64,000 nt of DNA. Source: Rebecca billardiae RCC1528 (lineage: Eukaryota; Protista; Haptophyta). Under the pieces are notes generated by a model. It saw only the letters and a program-made list of their open reading frames with translations. It was not told the origin of the DNA and did not search any database. A program made the translations under genes and the position numbers. The stretch spans positions 1,116,001 through 1,180,000 of the forward strand of contig OZ251222.1 of assembly GCA_965240325.2 (NCBI GenBank), given 5' to 3'. Positions 53,176 through 64,000 of the stretch are shown here, piece by piece (the first letter of the stretch is position 1; every line of letters begins with the position of its first letter).

Positions 53176-56100
53176 ATGGGCGCGTGCGGATCAACTTCCG
53201 CGCGGAACGAAGATGTTGAGGCCGCACCACGTGCCCCGATCATCAACAACGACGCGGCGCGGAGCGACGATTCGGAGGCCGCACGCAGCAACCGCGACAA
53301 TGGGCCGGGCGCACCATCGTCCAGCCGCCGCCCGCGTAGCGCTACGCGCACGCTCGGGTCCAAGTGGATAGAGTTCATCTCGAAGTCGTCGCTCACTCGG
53401 GTGATCGTGCCTTCGCTCTTCGCAGCGGGCGTGTACCTGCACGGCGTCGCGTCGCACACGGCCTTCATCGCGGACACCGGGCTCGACATCTACCTGATCG
53501 TGCAGCTGTACAGCACGGGCAACCCGTGGTGGGCGTCGCTCACTGCCGCGTTCGTCTCGCTGCAGTGCCTCGCCACCATGCTCGGCATCGTCCGCTACGT
53601 CGGCTCGAGCGTGCTCGAGGACGAGGACCTGGGCAACGAGGAGAATCTGCTCATGCTCGCCGTCTGCCTCGGTCCGGTGGGCATCCTCGGCCTCGACGTG
53701 CTCCTCGCCGTGCGCGCGTACAACCGCAACCGGCTGTACATCCCGCGCGCGCTGCTCGCGTGCGCCGGCCTGCCCGCAGACTACGGCCGGCTGGAAGCCT
53801 TCTTCCAGTGGTACGCGACGGTGCGCATCGCGTACGAGTCGGCGCTCGAAGCGACGCCGCAGGTGCTGCTGCAGGCGTACATCTTCGCCAAGTACGCGCT
53901 CGTGACGCACGCGCAGGAGTACCCCGTCAACCCGTACGTGCTCGCCGCCTCGCTGGTCACGTCGTTGGCGCAGCTCGTGACCAAAGTCTTCCTCCCCTCG
54001 TGGCGCTCGGGCATGAACCCGCTCGTGTACGTGCTCCGGCTGGGGCAGGGCATGCCGCTCGACGAGCTGGCGGCGGACACGATCGAGGAGCTGCGCCTCG
54101 CGTTCGTGCCGTCGGGCGCTGCGCTCGTGGCCCTCGCCGACGCGGTCGCGGCCAGCCAGTCGGTGCGGCGCGTGCGCGCGCCGCGCCCCGTCGGCGTTCT
54201 CGACTGCGACGCCAAGGTGATGGAGCTGGACGCAGAGCAGCTCGCACACCCGCTCGTGCAGGCCCTGCTGCAGCGCAGCGCGCGCCCTCCGACGGTGAGA
54301 CTCGCCGATGGGCTCGTGGAGCTGCTCCTCGTGGTCCTGCCGTCGGGCGCTGCGCTCACGGCCCTCGCCGACGCGGTCGCGGCCAGCACGTCACTGCGGC
54401 GCGTGCGCGCGCCGTACCCCGTCGGCGACCTCGACTGCGACGCCGCAGAGTGGGTGCTGGGCGCAGAGCAGGCCAAGCACCCGCTCGTGCAGGCCCTGCT
54501 GCGCCGCAGCGCGCGCCCGGCAGTGGTGATCGCGGCGGTGGAGCTGGAGCCGCTGGCGCGGGCAGTGGGGCTGCCCTCGGCGGAGGCGCTCATGCAGCTC
54601 GCGGAGGCGAATTGGGAGGGCAAGGCGGTGGTGAAGGAGCACGGCCCCGCGCTGCTGAAGCTAGTGCGCGCCTCCAAAGCGCTCGTGTTCCTCGACCTCG
54701 ACAAGACCGGCATCGGCGAGGAGCTCGTGCGCGCGCTGGCCGGCGTGCTCAAGGGCAGCCCCGCGCTGCGGAAACTCTTTCTCAGGTGCGCCGCACAGCG
54801 CGCGCGCGCGCGCGCTGTGTGCGCGCGCTGTGCCGCTGCCGCCGTCGGTCGCGCGCCGCGGGCCGGGGGAGCGGGCGCTGCGCGCGGGTGGGGCGGGGTG
54901 GGGCGAGGCCGGCGCGCGCGCCGCCGTGTGTCGGCGGCCGGCGGCGGCGGGGCGCGCGCGCAGCCGTGCGCGCGGGGTCGAGCCCGGCGCGCGCCGCCCC
55001 TCCGCGCGCGCGCGACGGCGGCGCTGAGCGCGCGCCGCCTCGCCCCACCCCGCCGCGCCGCGCCTCGCGCCGTCCCCTTTGCGCCGTGCAGTACGAACGC
55101 GCTGGGCGACCCCTCGGGCACTGCGCTTGCCGACGCTCTCAAGCACAACACCACGCTGCAGACGCTCACCCTGGAGTACGCGCACACGCACACGCACGGC
55201 ACCTGCGCGCACGCGCTCGGGCGGAGGCGGCGCGCTCGGCGCTGCGGCACGAGCGCGCGAGACAGCGGCGCTGCTACACCGCGCGCGCCGCTCGCGCGCC
55301 GCCCCCTCGCCGCCGCCCTCGCGGCGGCGGTCGGGGCGGCGGGGCCGCGCGCACACGTGTCGGCGGCCGGCGGCGGCGGGGCACGCGCGCAGCCGTGCGC
55401 GCGGGGTCGAGCCCGGCGCGCGCCGCCCCTCCGCGCGCACGCGACGGCGGCGCTGAGCGCGCGCCGCCTCGCCCCACCCCGCCGCGCCGCGCCTCGCGCC
55501 GTCCCCCTTGCGCCGTGCAGTACGAACGCGCTGGGCGACCCCTCGGGCACTGCGCTTGCCGACGCTCTCAAGCACAACACCACGCTGCAGGTGCTCGGCC
55601 TGGAGTACGCGCACACGCACACGCACGGCACCTGCGCGCACGCGCTCGGGCGGAGGCGGCGCGCTCGGCACTGCGGCACGAGCGCGCGAGACAGCGGCGC
55701 TGCTGCACCGCGCACGCCGCTCACGCGCCGCCCCCTCGCTGCCGCCCTCGCGGCGGCGGTCGGGGCGGCGGGGCCGCACGCACACGTGTCGGCGGCCGGC
55801 GGCGGCGGGGCGCGCGCGCAGCCGTGCGCGCGGGGTCGAGCCCGGCGCGCGCCGCCCCTCCGCGCGCGCGCGACGGCGGCGCTGAGCGCGCGCCGGCTCG
55901 CCCCACCCCGCCGCGCCGCGCCTCGCGCCGTCCCCCTTGCGCCGTGCAGTACGAACGCGCTGGGCGACCGCTCGGGCACTGCGCTTGCCGACGCTCTCAA
56001 GCACAACACCACGCTGCAGCAGCTCGGCCTGAAGTACGCGCACACGCACACGCACGGCACCTGCGCGCACGCGCTCGGGCGGAGGCGGCGCGCTCGGCGC

Positions 56101-57785
56101 TGCGGCACGAGCGCGCGAGACAGCGGCGCTGCTGCACCGCGCGTGCCGCTCGCGCGCCGCCCCCTCGCTGCCGCCCTCGCGGCGGCGTTCCGGGGGCGGC
56201 GGGGCCGCGCGCACACGTGTCGGCGGCCGGCGGCGGCGGGGCGCGCGCGCAGCCGTGCGCGCGGGGTCGAGCCCGGCGCGCGCCGCCCCTCCGCGCGCGC
56301 GCGACGGCGGCGCTGAGCGCGCGCCGCCTCGCCCCACCCCGCCGCGCCGCGCCTCGCGCCGTCCCCTTTGCGCCGTGCAGTACGAACGCGCTGGGCGACC
56401 CCTCGGGCACTGCGCTTGCCGACGCTCTCAAGCACAACACCACGCTGCAGACGCTCACCCTGGAGTACGCGCACACGCACACGCACGGCACCTGCGCGCA
56501 CGCGCTCGGGCGGAGGCGGCGCGCTCGGCGCTGCGGCACGAGCGCGCGAGACAGCGGCGCTGCTGCACCGCGCGCGCCGCTCGCGCGCCGCCCCCTCGCC
56601 GCCACCCTCGCGGCGGCGTTCGGGGCGGCGGGGCCGCGCGCACACGTGTCGGCGGCCGGCGGCGGCGGGGCGCGCGCGCAGCCGTGCGCGCGGGGTCGAG
56701 CCCGGCGCGCGCCGCCCCTCCGCACGCGCGCGACGGCGGCGCTGAGCGCGCGCCGGCTCGCCCCACCCCGCCGCGCCGCCCCTCGCGCCGTCCCCCTTGC
56801 GCCGTGCAGGTCGAACGCGCTGGGCGACCGCTCGGGCACTGCGCTTGCCGACGCTCTCAAGCACAACACCACGCTGCAGCGGCTCGGCCTGAAGTACGCG
56901 CACACGCACACGCACGGCACCTGCGCGCACGCGCTCGGGCGGAGGCGGCGCGCTCGGCGCTGCGGCACGAGCGCGCGAGACAGCGGCGCTGCTACACCGC
57001 GCGCGCCGCTCGCGCGCCGCCCCCTCGCCGCCGCCCTCGCGGCGGCGGTCGGGGCGGCGGGGCCGCGCGCACACGTGTCGGCGGCCGGCGGCGGCGGGGC
57101 GCGCGCGCAGCCGTGCGCGCGGGGTCGAGCCCGGCGCGCGCCGCCCCTCCGCGCGCGCGCGACGGCGGCGCTGAGCGCGCGCCGCCTCGCCCCACCCCGC
57201 CGCGCCGCGCCTCGCGCCGTCCCCCTTGCGCCGTGCAGGGCGAACGCGCTGGGCGACCCCTCGGGCACTGCGCTTGCCGACGCTCTCAAGCACAACACCA
57301 CGCTGCAGGCGCTCAGCCTGATGTACGCGCACACGCACACGCACGGCACCTGCGCGCACGCGCTCGGGCGGAGGCGGCGCGCTCGGCGCTGCGGCACGAG
57401 CGCGCGAGACAGCGGCGCTGCTACACCGCGCGCGCCGCTCGCGCGCCGCCCCATCGCCGCCGCCCTCGCGGCGGCGTTCCGGGGGCGGCGGGGCCGCGCG
57501 CACACGTGTCGGCGGTGAGGTCAATGTGGCCGAGGCGGCTGGCCGGCTCCGCACCCACCCCCATCCGCACCTGCCGCGCGCGGGCGCGGGCAGGCGCCCC
57601 GGCTGACGCGCGCGTGCCCTCGCCCGCCCCCGCGCCGCCTCCCGTGCGCGCACGTGCGCCGTGGCTGCGTGTCGGACTCGGGGTGACGCCGCGCGTGCGG
57701 CGCCAGATCCAACAAGCTCTCGGACAGCAGCGAGCAGGCCGTCAGGCAGGCGTGGGGCAATCGCTCGAGCGACCTCCACCTGTAG
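53176..57785 (+). CDS. XK-like multi-pass membrane protein with C-terminal RI-type LRRs; exons 53176-54785, 55092-55175, 55521-55604, 55950-56033, 56381-56464, 56810-56893, 57239-57322, 57707-57785
   Basis: MGACGS acylation-type start; TM segments with DTGLDI and ESALEATPQVLLQAY (XK-family signature); six 84-bp exons each encoding one 28-aa LRR; all introns GT-AG phase 2; terminal cap exon SNKLSDSSEQAVRQAWGNRSSDLHL*. Confidence 0.85.
54925..57515 (+). repeat. Tandem 429-431-bp exon+intron units (~6 copies)
   Basis: Exon starts spaced 429, 429, 431, 429, 429 bp; introns nearly identical. Confidence 0.97.
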
Positions 57786-58159
57786 CTGCCGTCGATGGGC
57801 ACGCGCGAACGAGCATGCCGCGGCCGCCGCTCCTCCTCTTCCCGGACGCGTCCCTCTCGGCCGCGCTGCGTCTGCCCCAGGGGCTGCCGGCCGTGCGGCG
57901 ATGGCGCGCGTTGCTGGCTGGGCGGCTCGAGCGACCACGTCGCGCGCACTGGTCGCGGAGGGCAGGTCCGATGGCGCATGACTGGCCGCTGCGACACGGC
58001 GGCGACGACGGCCAGGCTACCGTCGGCTACGTGCCCGGCAGCGTGCGGCGCGTCGGCTCGCGGAGACGCGCAGGGCGTTGGCGCGGCGAGTCCGAGCATT
58101 CCGATTCGGGTCGTTGTGCCGCGTGCAGCTGCACACGCATGCGCATGTGCGTCTCGTTA

Positions 58160-59846
58160 TGGCGCACGGCCCCCCCGAAAGGTCTGAGCGTGAGCGAAAG
58201 CCGGGGGGGGGCGGCGCACGTGCTCCGCAAAATCAAAAAAGAGGATGCGCGCAGGATTTGGGGGATTTTTGTAGGTGGATTTAGGTGTGAAATCCGCATT
58301 TGACTCGATATCGCTGCTCATGATTGCGTTTGTACTGCTCCTTAATCCTTGGATAGTAAGTAATAGAAGAAATCGAACTCGAATAGGACAAAGACATCTC
58401 TAGCTACCTTTCTGATAGTCAAGATTCGCCTGTTGAACAGATTGCAAACAAGGTCTGAGATATCGAACATTCTTTTGATAGTCGTTCACTCCTCATATTC
58501 ATCAAGCGACGCGAGATGTTATTGCGCGGGTAGTCCGAACCGACGTTCCCGCGCGCTCTCATATCATACGGCTATCGAGCTACTGACTTGCTGATATACT
58601 CTTGGTCATCTACTGATACGACGTCAATATGCGGGTGGTCAAACCCCATAGGCGGGTGCTGGTATCTTTGATTCCGTTCTTTGAAGATCGAGCTACGCGC
58701 TCCCGCGCTCGCTCGAAGACTGCCACTGTGCGGGTGGGCTCTCTTCAGCGAGCTCCGCGTTGGCGTGGAGTCAGCGATCAAGCTGAGGTTGCAGCGCGGC
58801 AACATCGTGCAGGGTGGGCGGGTACCGACGCCGCGCTTCGCACGCCGTCTGCGACGGCATCAAACGCCGCGACCACCGCGGCGCCCGGCCAGCGCGGCAG
58901 CGTCGGGCCTGCTGACGGCGCGGGCGTGATGGTCGGGCGGGCGCTACTCGGCATCCGGGCGCGGCGGCGAGTGCAGCAGCGGTGGCGGGCGCGGCGGCTG
59001 GCAGAGCGCATCTCGCGACGAGGAAATACTCGGCGCGCACGTCACGCCGCGCGCGGTATCGATTCGTCGCCCGGCGAGCGCGGCAGCACCGGGCCTGCTG
59101 AATGCGGGCGTGACAGCGGCCGGGCGGGCGCCGCAGCGGTCGGGCGCTGCGCCTGCGCTGGCGCGGCACTGTGGCGGGCGGCGCGGTGGCAGACGCAGCG
59201 GCGGACGCCGCGGCGGCGGGTGCGACTGCGGGCGGAGCGCATCTCGCGACGAGGAGTTACTCGCTGCGCACGTCACGCTGCGCGCATCTTCGAGTGGTCG
59301 CTCCGCAGCGAGTGCGGGCAGCACCGGGCCGCGACAAGAAGACGTTCGGTGCGAACTTCATGCCGCGCACATCATCGAGCGGGGGCTGCGGTGCTGCTTC
59401 GGCGAGCGCGTCAGCTGCACCTCCGGCCGAGCGACTAGTCGACGCAAACGACGACGCGCGACGCATCGAGCTGTTCCGAGCAGTGCCACTTGGCGCTAGT
59501 GGCAGCGGCGGGCTGTACACGCTGACGATGTAGCGAGGCGTGAGGTGGTGGTCCACGCCACCGTCGTACCGCGTCGCCTCGCGCACCCCGAGCGCGCGCG
59601 ACGAGCTGTACGGGCTCGGAAGCTGACAGCATCCCCGCGCCCGGCGCCGCGACCGCCGGACCCGCGCAGGCCCGGGGCCCTCTCGGAGAGCTGACTGATT
59701 TTCGTCCGCGCGCTTTGCTGACTAGTAGCATCGTGCCGTGTGATTGGCGGTGAAGCCAACGCGACAGCAACTACCAGCCAGAGCCTACCAGGGCCGTGCG
59801 CCCTCAACTTCGTTGTTTACTACCCGAAGATCGGCGTAGCCGATCA
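58160..59846 (+). mobile_element. Divergent family X element
   Basis: Starts tta|tggcgcacgg and ends gccctcaacttcgttg...gatcggc-gta-gccgatca; interior (59005-59330) resembles 25995-26080. Confidence 0.5.
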
Positions 59847-59883
59847 TTGTATACATATCAAGTAAGGATGATATATATATATA

Positions 59884-61826
59884 TGACCGCGTTCCGCGGT
59901 CCTTTTCCGTAGAACCAACGCAGTTGGGGGCCCGCGGCGCAGTGGTTGAGAATGAGACTGACGTCGTCAATCCGCACGGTCTGGCGTCTGCCTGGCAGTC
60001 AGACAGGCAGCCGCACTCTCGGAGAGTGAGTGAGAGTCAGACCCGTCTCGGACTCGCCGGGCGCGTGAATGGGCGCGCACGGCCAAGGGTGGCACGGGAC
60101 ACCAGCGGACGGGCCGCGCGGGGAAGCGGGGCGGCGCGCGCGCAGGGCGAGAGGCGCGGACGGGCCGCGCGGGGAAGCGGGGCGGCGCGCGTGCAGGGCG
60201 AGAGGCGCCGCGCGGCGCGGGCCGGCGCGTGCGCGCGCGCGCGCGCACCTGCTTGAGGTGCTCGCGCTGCGCCATGCGCTCGACGAAGGGCCGCTGGTCG
60301 CTCCGCCGGCGCGCCTCGGGCCGGCATAGCGAGAGCGCGCGCCACTGCTGCCCGCCCACGCTGCGCAGCCACGCGCAGACCGAGCGTAGCTCGGGGTGGA
60401 ACGAAGCGAGTGGCGTGTCGCGCCCGCCGCCAGGCGCACGTGTGCCCTGCTCCGCACCGCGCCGCCGTGCTCGCCCGCCGCCTGCTCCGCCGCGTCGGCC
60501 TCGAGGATGGCGGCGGCCAGCGGCAGGCTGAGTGGCGCGCGCTCGCCCACCGTAGCTTCGAGGGCCGTCCACACCTGCTCGAGCTGCTGCAGGGCGTGGA
60601 CAAGGGCAGCGCGCGCGCCCAGCGCATCCGTGCCGCGTGACGCAGCGCGTCGAGCTCGGCGTCTCGCTTCGCCAGCTCGGCGCCCGGCGCCTCTGCGCGC
60701 ACGCATCGAGCTCGGCGTCGCGCTTTGCCAGCTCGGCGCCCAGCGCTTCACGCGCACGTGCTCGTGTATCTGCGCGCGCACGGCCTGCGCGCCGCCGCCC
60801 ATCTGCGCGCGCAAACTCGGACTCGTCGCGGCTGGCTGCTAGGGAGTGCTAGGGTGCGCGCCGCGTAGTCGATGGCCAAGTCCAAGGCCTGCAGCCAGCG
60901 CGCCTGCACTGAGCAAAGAAGGCGCGGCACGCGCGCTATAACCCAGTCCACGCAGACACGCGAGCGCGTGCTCGAGCGGCGCGCCGGGGCTGACCGTCCA
61001 CGTCGGCCGCGCGGGAGCCGCAGGTACTCTCGCGTGCCTGCGCGACGCAGCGCGCACGCACAGCGAAACGGGCGCGGGGTAGAAATCAGGAGAGCGCCGC
61101 CGCCCGCGCACCACCCCACCGAGAGTGCGCACATACGCACGCCACGACATGGCCATGGCGCACGAGTGACGCCGCAACGCCCGACAGACAGAAGCCTTCG
61201 ACAATCCGCGCGCGCCCGCAAACGCGGACGCGCGCGCGGGCGGGCGCGCGGGCCGGCGTGCGCCGCCCGCGCGGGAGGCGCCCGCGGCCGCGCGCGCGGC
61301 GCGCGCGCGGCGCGCGCTCCGCGCGGTCGTCCACACCGATGGCGGTCGATCGAGGGCTCGCCCCGCGCGTGGAGGGCGCCAGTGCCGCTGGCTCGGGCGG
61401 TAGCTTACTGAACGAGAGTACCCACAATTACCCAATCAAGAGGCGATATGATACATGCATGGATACGAAGCGCTGTAAATGTTCTCCAGCGAATACGACC
61501 CCGTGATGATGAAGATTTTGCCGCTAACGATGTGTAAAAATAGCCTCAAAGAAGCTGACGCTTGTATTGGACTTGTAACCGTCCTACTTCACACTAAGTG
61601 AACTCTCACGCCCGGCCGTCCACGATTGATTAGGGGAATCTCGTGGGCGCGGTTTTTTCTCCGTAATGCGTGTGTAGAGAGGGTCTCAAAAATCGAAACT
61701 CGGTCTCCGCCAGCCCTAAAAATCGGCCCCGTCCCTTTTTCTTGCTGATCAAAGATCTTTTTGAAACGTGGTTCGGGCCCGCAGTGCGGGCTCCACGCTG
61801 CGCGCTCCGCCCTGCACCGCGGGCCA
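59884..61826 (-). mobile_element. Family X element carrying an intron-containing gene fragment
   Basis: Right-end hairpin at 59884 and left end at 61826, both reverse-complemented; interior has GCGC-rich intron-like tracts and frameshifted coding-like pieces. Confidence 0.65.
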
Positions 61827-61843
61827 TAATTTATACGACATTA

Positions 61844-63650
61844 TGGCCCGCGGTGCAGGGCGGAGCGCGCAGCGTGGAGCGCCCGCAGTGCGGGCCCTAA
61901 CTACGTTTCAAAATAAAGATCTTTGATCGTCAAGAAAACTCGGAAGGGACGGGGACAGTTTTCAGGGCTGGAGGAGACCGAGTTACGAATTTTGAGACCT
62001 CCTTTTGATGACTACAGCACTGATTCGCCGATAAAAGGGCACGTCCGCAAGTTCATAAGTATAGCGTGCCGGTGTGACGCCCGTCCGTCCAAAAAAACTC
62101 ACGCCCTTTAGGATGCGTAACGTAACGAACCGTTATACAAGCGAATGCAATGTCTGCAATGAGATTGCCGCATTAGGTCAAGGAGCGACGACGTATCTAG
62201 CGAGCCGGTACCGTCTTGATAGTTTGCCTCCGCCCTTGATAGTTGATGAATACGAACTTGGCTTCGCGGCGGTTGGTTAGAGTCTAAAATCCGCAAGCCT
62301 TAAAGTATTGACTGAACGAAATACCCGCAGCTATTCGTTGCCAGCCCATTTCATAGTCACTGATGACTCACCGAGCTGGCGAGCTCAAAACCTGCCGTCG
62401 TCGCAAGGCAGGTTTTGAGCCTGTTCGGCGGGCGGGCGGGCGGGCGGGCGTTTGGAGGTGGCGAGGGCGCCGCGACTCTCGCCTCCAAGCAAGGGGGCGA
62501 TGGGCAGGTGCGCGCGGCCAGTGGCGCCTGGAGCGCGCGTCTGCGGCGGGTCCGGACGGCCGTCGACATCGCGTTCGTGCCCCGCTCACTAGTCACTCCG
62601 CACGCCCCTGCCGCCCTGTCGATGCCTGCGCGGCCCCGCGCATCAGCCGGCGCCGCAGCCGCCGCCCTTTGTTCGGGCTCTCGCAAGCTCGCTCGGGCGG
62701 GCAGCGGCGCCTGATGCGGGCTCTCGCAAGCTCGGGGGCAGCGGCGCCTGATGCCGGACTGATCGATCTCTGAGTCTCCGACTTCGCCACTCGCCCCCCT
62801 TGCCATGCCTCTCCGCCAGGGTCTCCCAGAACTCTTTCTTCAGAGCAGGCGCGCCAACCCGAATCCATCGATCAGCGGTGTTCTGCCGCTGGCATCTCGG
62901 CCCGCGCCGGCAAGTCTGTCTGCAGCGCTGGACGGGCGGACCTAGGAGGACGAGCTGCGCGGGCGACGGTGGTGCGCGACGTCCCCAGAGCTGGCCGTGC
63001 CTCTGCGACGCGTGCCGAGCCTGACCGAGGTGTGTCACCCCGTGACCCCGTGCAGTGCACGCGCGGCCCGCGCGAACGATCACCGGTGTCCCTCGCACCT
63101 CGGCACACACAGTGCTCCCTCTGGCTGTCAGCTCCGCGTGGCCTGGCGTGCACGTAGAGTTGCGCTCATGCGTCGATCACGCCTCGCGCCCGCCTGTCGG
63201 CCGTCGCGCAGGCCCTGGTCGAACCCTACTCGGACCAGTGCAAATCATAGATCTAGTTACTCCTGGCGCTGCCGCGGCGCGCGGTGACGACAGACAGACA
63301 GCGCGGTCTGAGCAGCAGCGGCCCGAATAACGAATCCGCGGCCCCGCACCGTGTTCCCTGGCTGTCAGCTCCACGTGGCCTGGCGTGCACGTGGAGTTGC
63401 GCTCATGCGTCGATCACGCCTCGTCGCATCCGCCTGTACGACACGACAATCGGCGCCGCGCCGGCCGGGCTGCGATGGCGGGCCCGCGCCCGGCGCCGGT
63501 GCGGGCGCAGCGGCGCGCCGCTGGAGTCTAGTTGTACGGGCATGCGACTGGTCTGTCAATAGACGACTGCGTCTGCGACGGAGGGTGCACCGCCACCGCG
63601 GGCCCCGAACTACGTTCGTTCTATACGGAAAAGGACCGCGGAACGCGGTC
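61844..63650 (+). mobile_element. Family X element
   Basis: Left end matches 25086; right end matches 27160-27219; internal ~65-bp direct repeat at 63122/63359. Confidence 0.65.
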
Positions 63651-63653
63651 CGA

Positions 63654-64000
63654 TGACCGCGTTCCGCGGTCCGTCCGTAGAACCAACGCAGTTGAGGGCC
63701 AGCGGTGCTCCCCATAAGCCACGTGCATTTGCCACCCACCTGTCCCAGACGGATTTCCGGGCCGCTGATTGGTCGGCGCGAGCCGCCCCCGTCGTGTCCG
63801 GCTGGCCTGTCTCCGAATCCGGTAAGACAAGGGCTGGTCTGTCTCAGCGTCCGGTAAGACAAGCAACAAAGAAAAGAAAAGTAGAGAAAAGAAAAGAAAA
63901 GAAGAGCCAATAATAAATGAAAAGAAAGAAAAGAGTAGGAACAGGAAAGAAAAGAATAATGAAAAAGAAAATGAGTCCGGGGCGATGTCCGGTGTCCTTC
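63654..64000 (-). mobile_element. Family X right end (element runs off the window)
   Basis: tgaccgcgttccgcggtcc..gtagaaccaacgcagttg matches 59884-59930; purine-rich tract at 63860-63975. Confidence 0.55.

Noticed and set aside
53364-57938. 1084-1385-aa ORFs reading through the LRR array on both strands
   Set aside because: Stop-poor GC-rich introns; the spliced model gives clean LRRs and a terminal cap.
59884-63650. Single TIR element with a central palindrome
   Set aside because: The lone copy at 25086-27220 carries one left and one right end, favouring two head-to-head units.

Overview
GC-rich eukaryotic nuclear DNA with short GT-AG introns rich in GCGCGC tracts. The style suggests a haptophyte alga such as a Pavlovales species, which is inference only. 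Recognisable genes: two sulfotransferase-like genes, RRP9 (4 exons), a plant-type trifunctional tRNA ligase plus a separate ligase-less kinase/CPDase copy, a possible nucleoside-hydrolase-fold gene, a Pro-rich/Cys-module membrane protein, an intronless QueA-QueH fusion with a putative organellar presequence, clathrin light chain (3 exons), a Venus-flytrap/TM/nucleoside-hydrolase-like receptor (3 exons), a type-B carboxylesterase, and an XK-like membrane protein whose C-terminal LRRs are encoded by six tandem 84-bp exons that vary almost only in the concave-face residues. Mobile DNA includes a head-to-tail pair of DIRS/PAT-like units with a 183-bp tandem array and GTG junctions, a young internally deleted copia element (ATAAG TSD), a TIR family, and an unclassified family with asymmetric ends and a covarying 3' hairpin that forms an alternating-orientation cluster. 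The strongest novelty candidates are the eukaryotic QueA-QueH fusion, the XK-LRR exon array and the VFT-nucleoside-hydrolase receptor. All assignments come from reading motifs by eye; no database searches were run.
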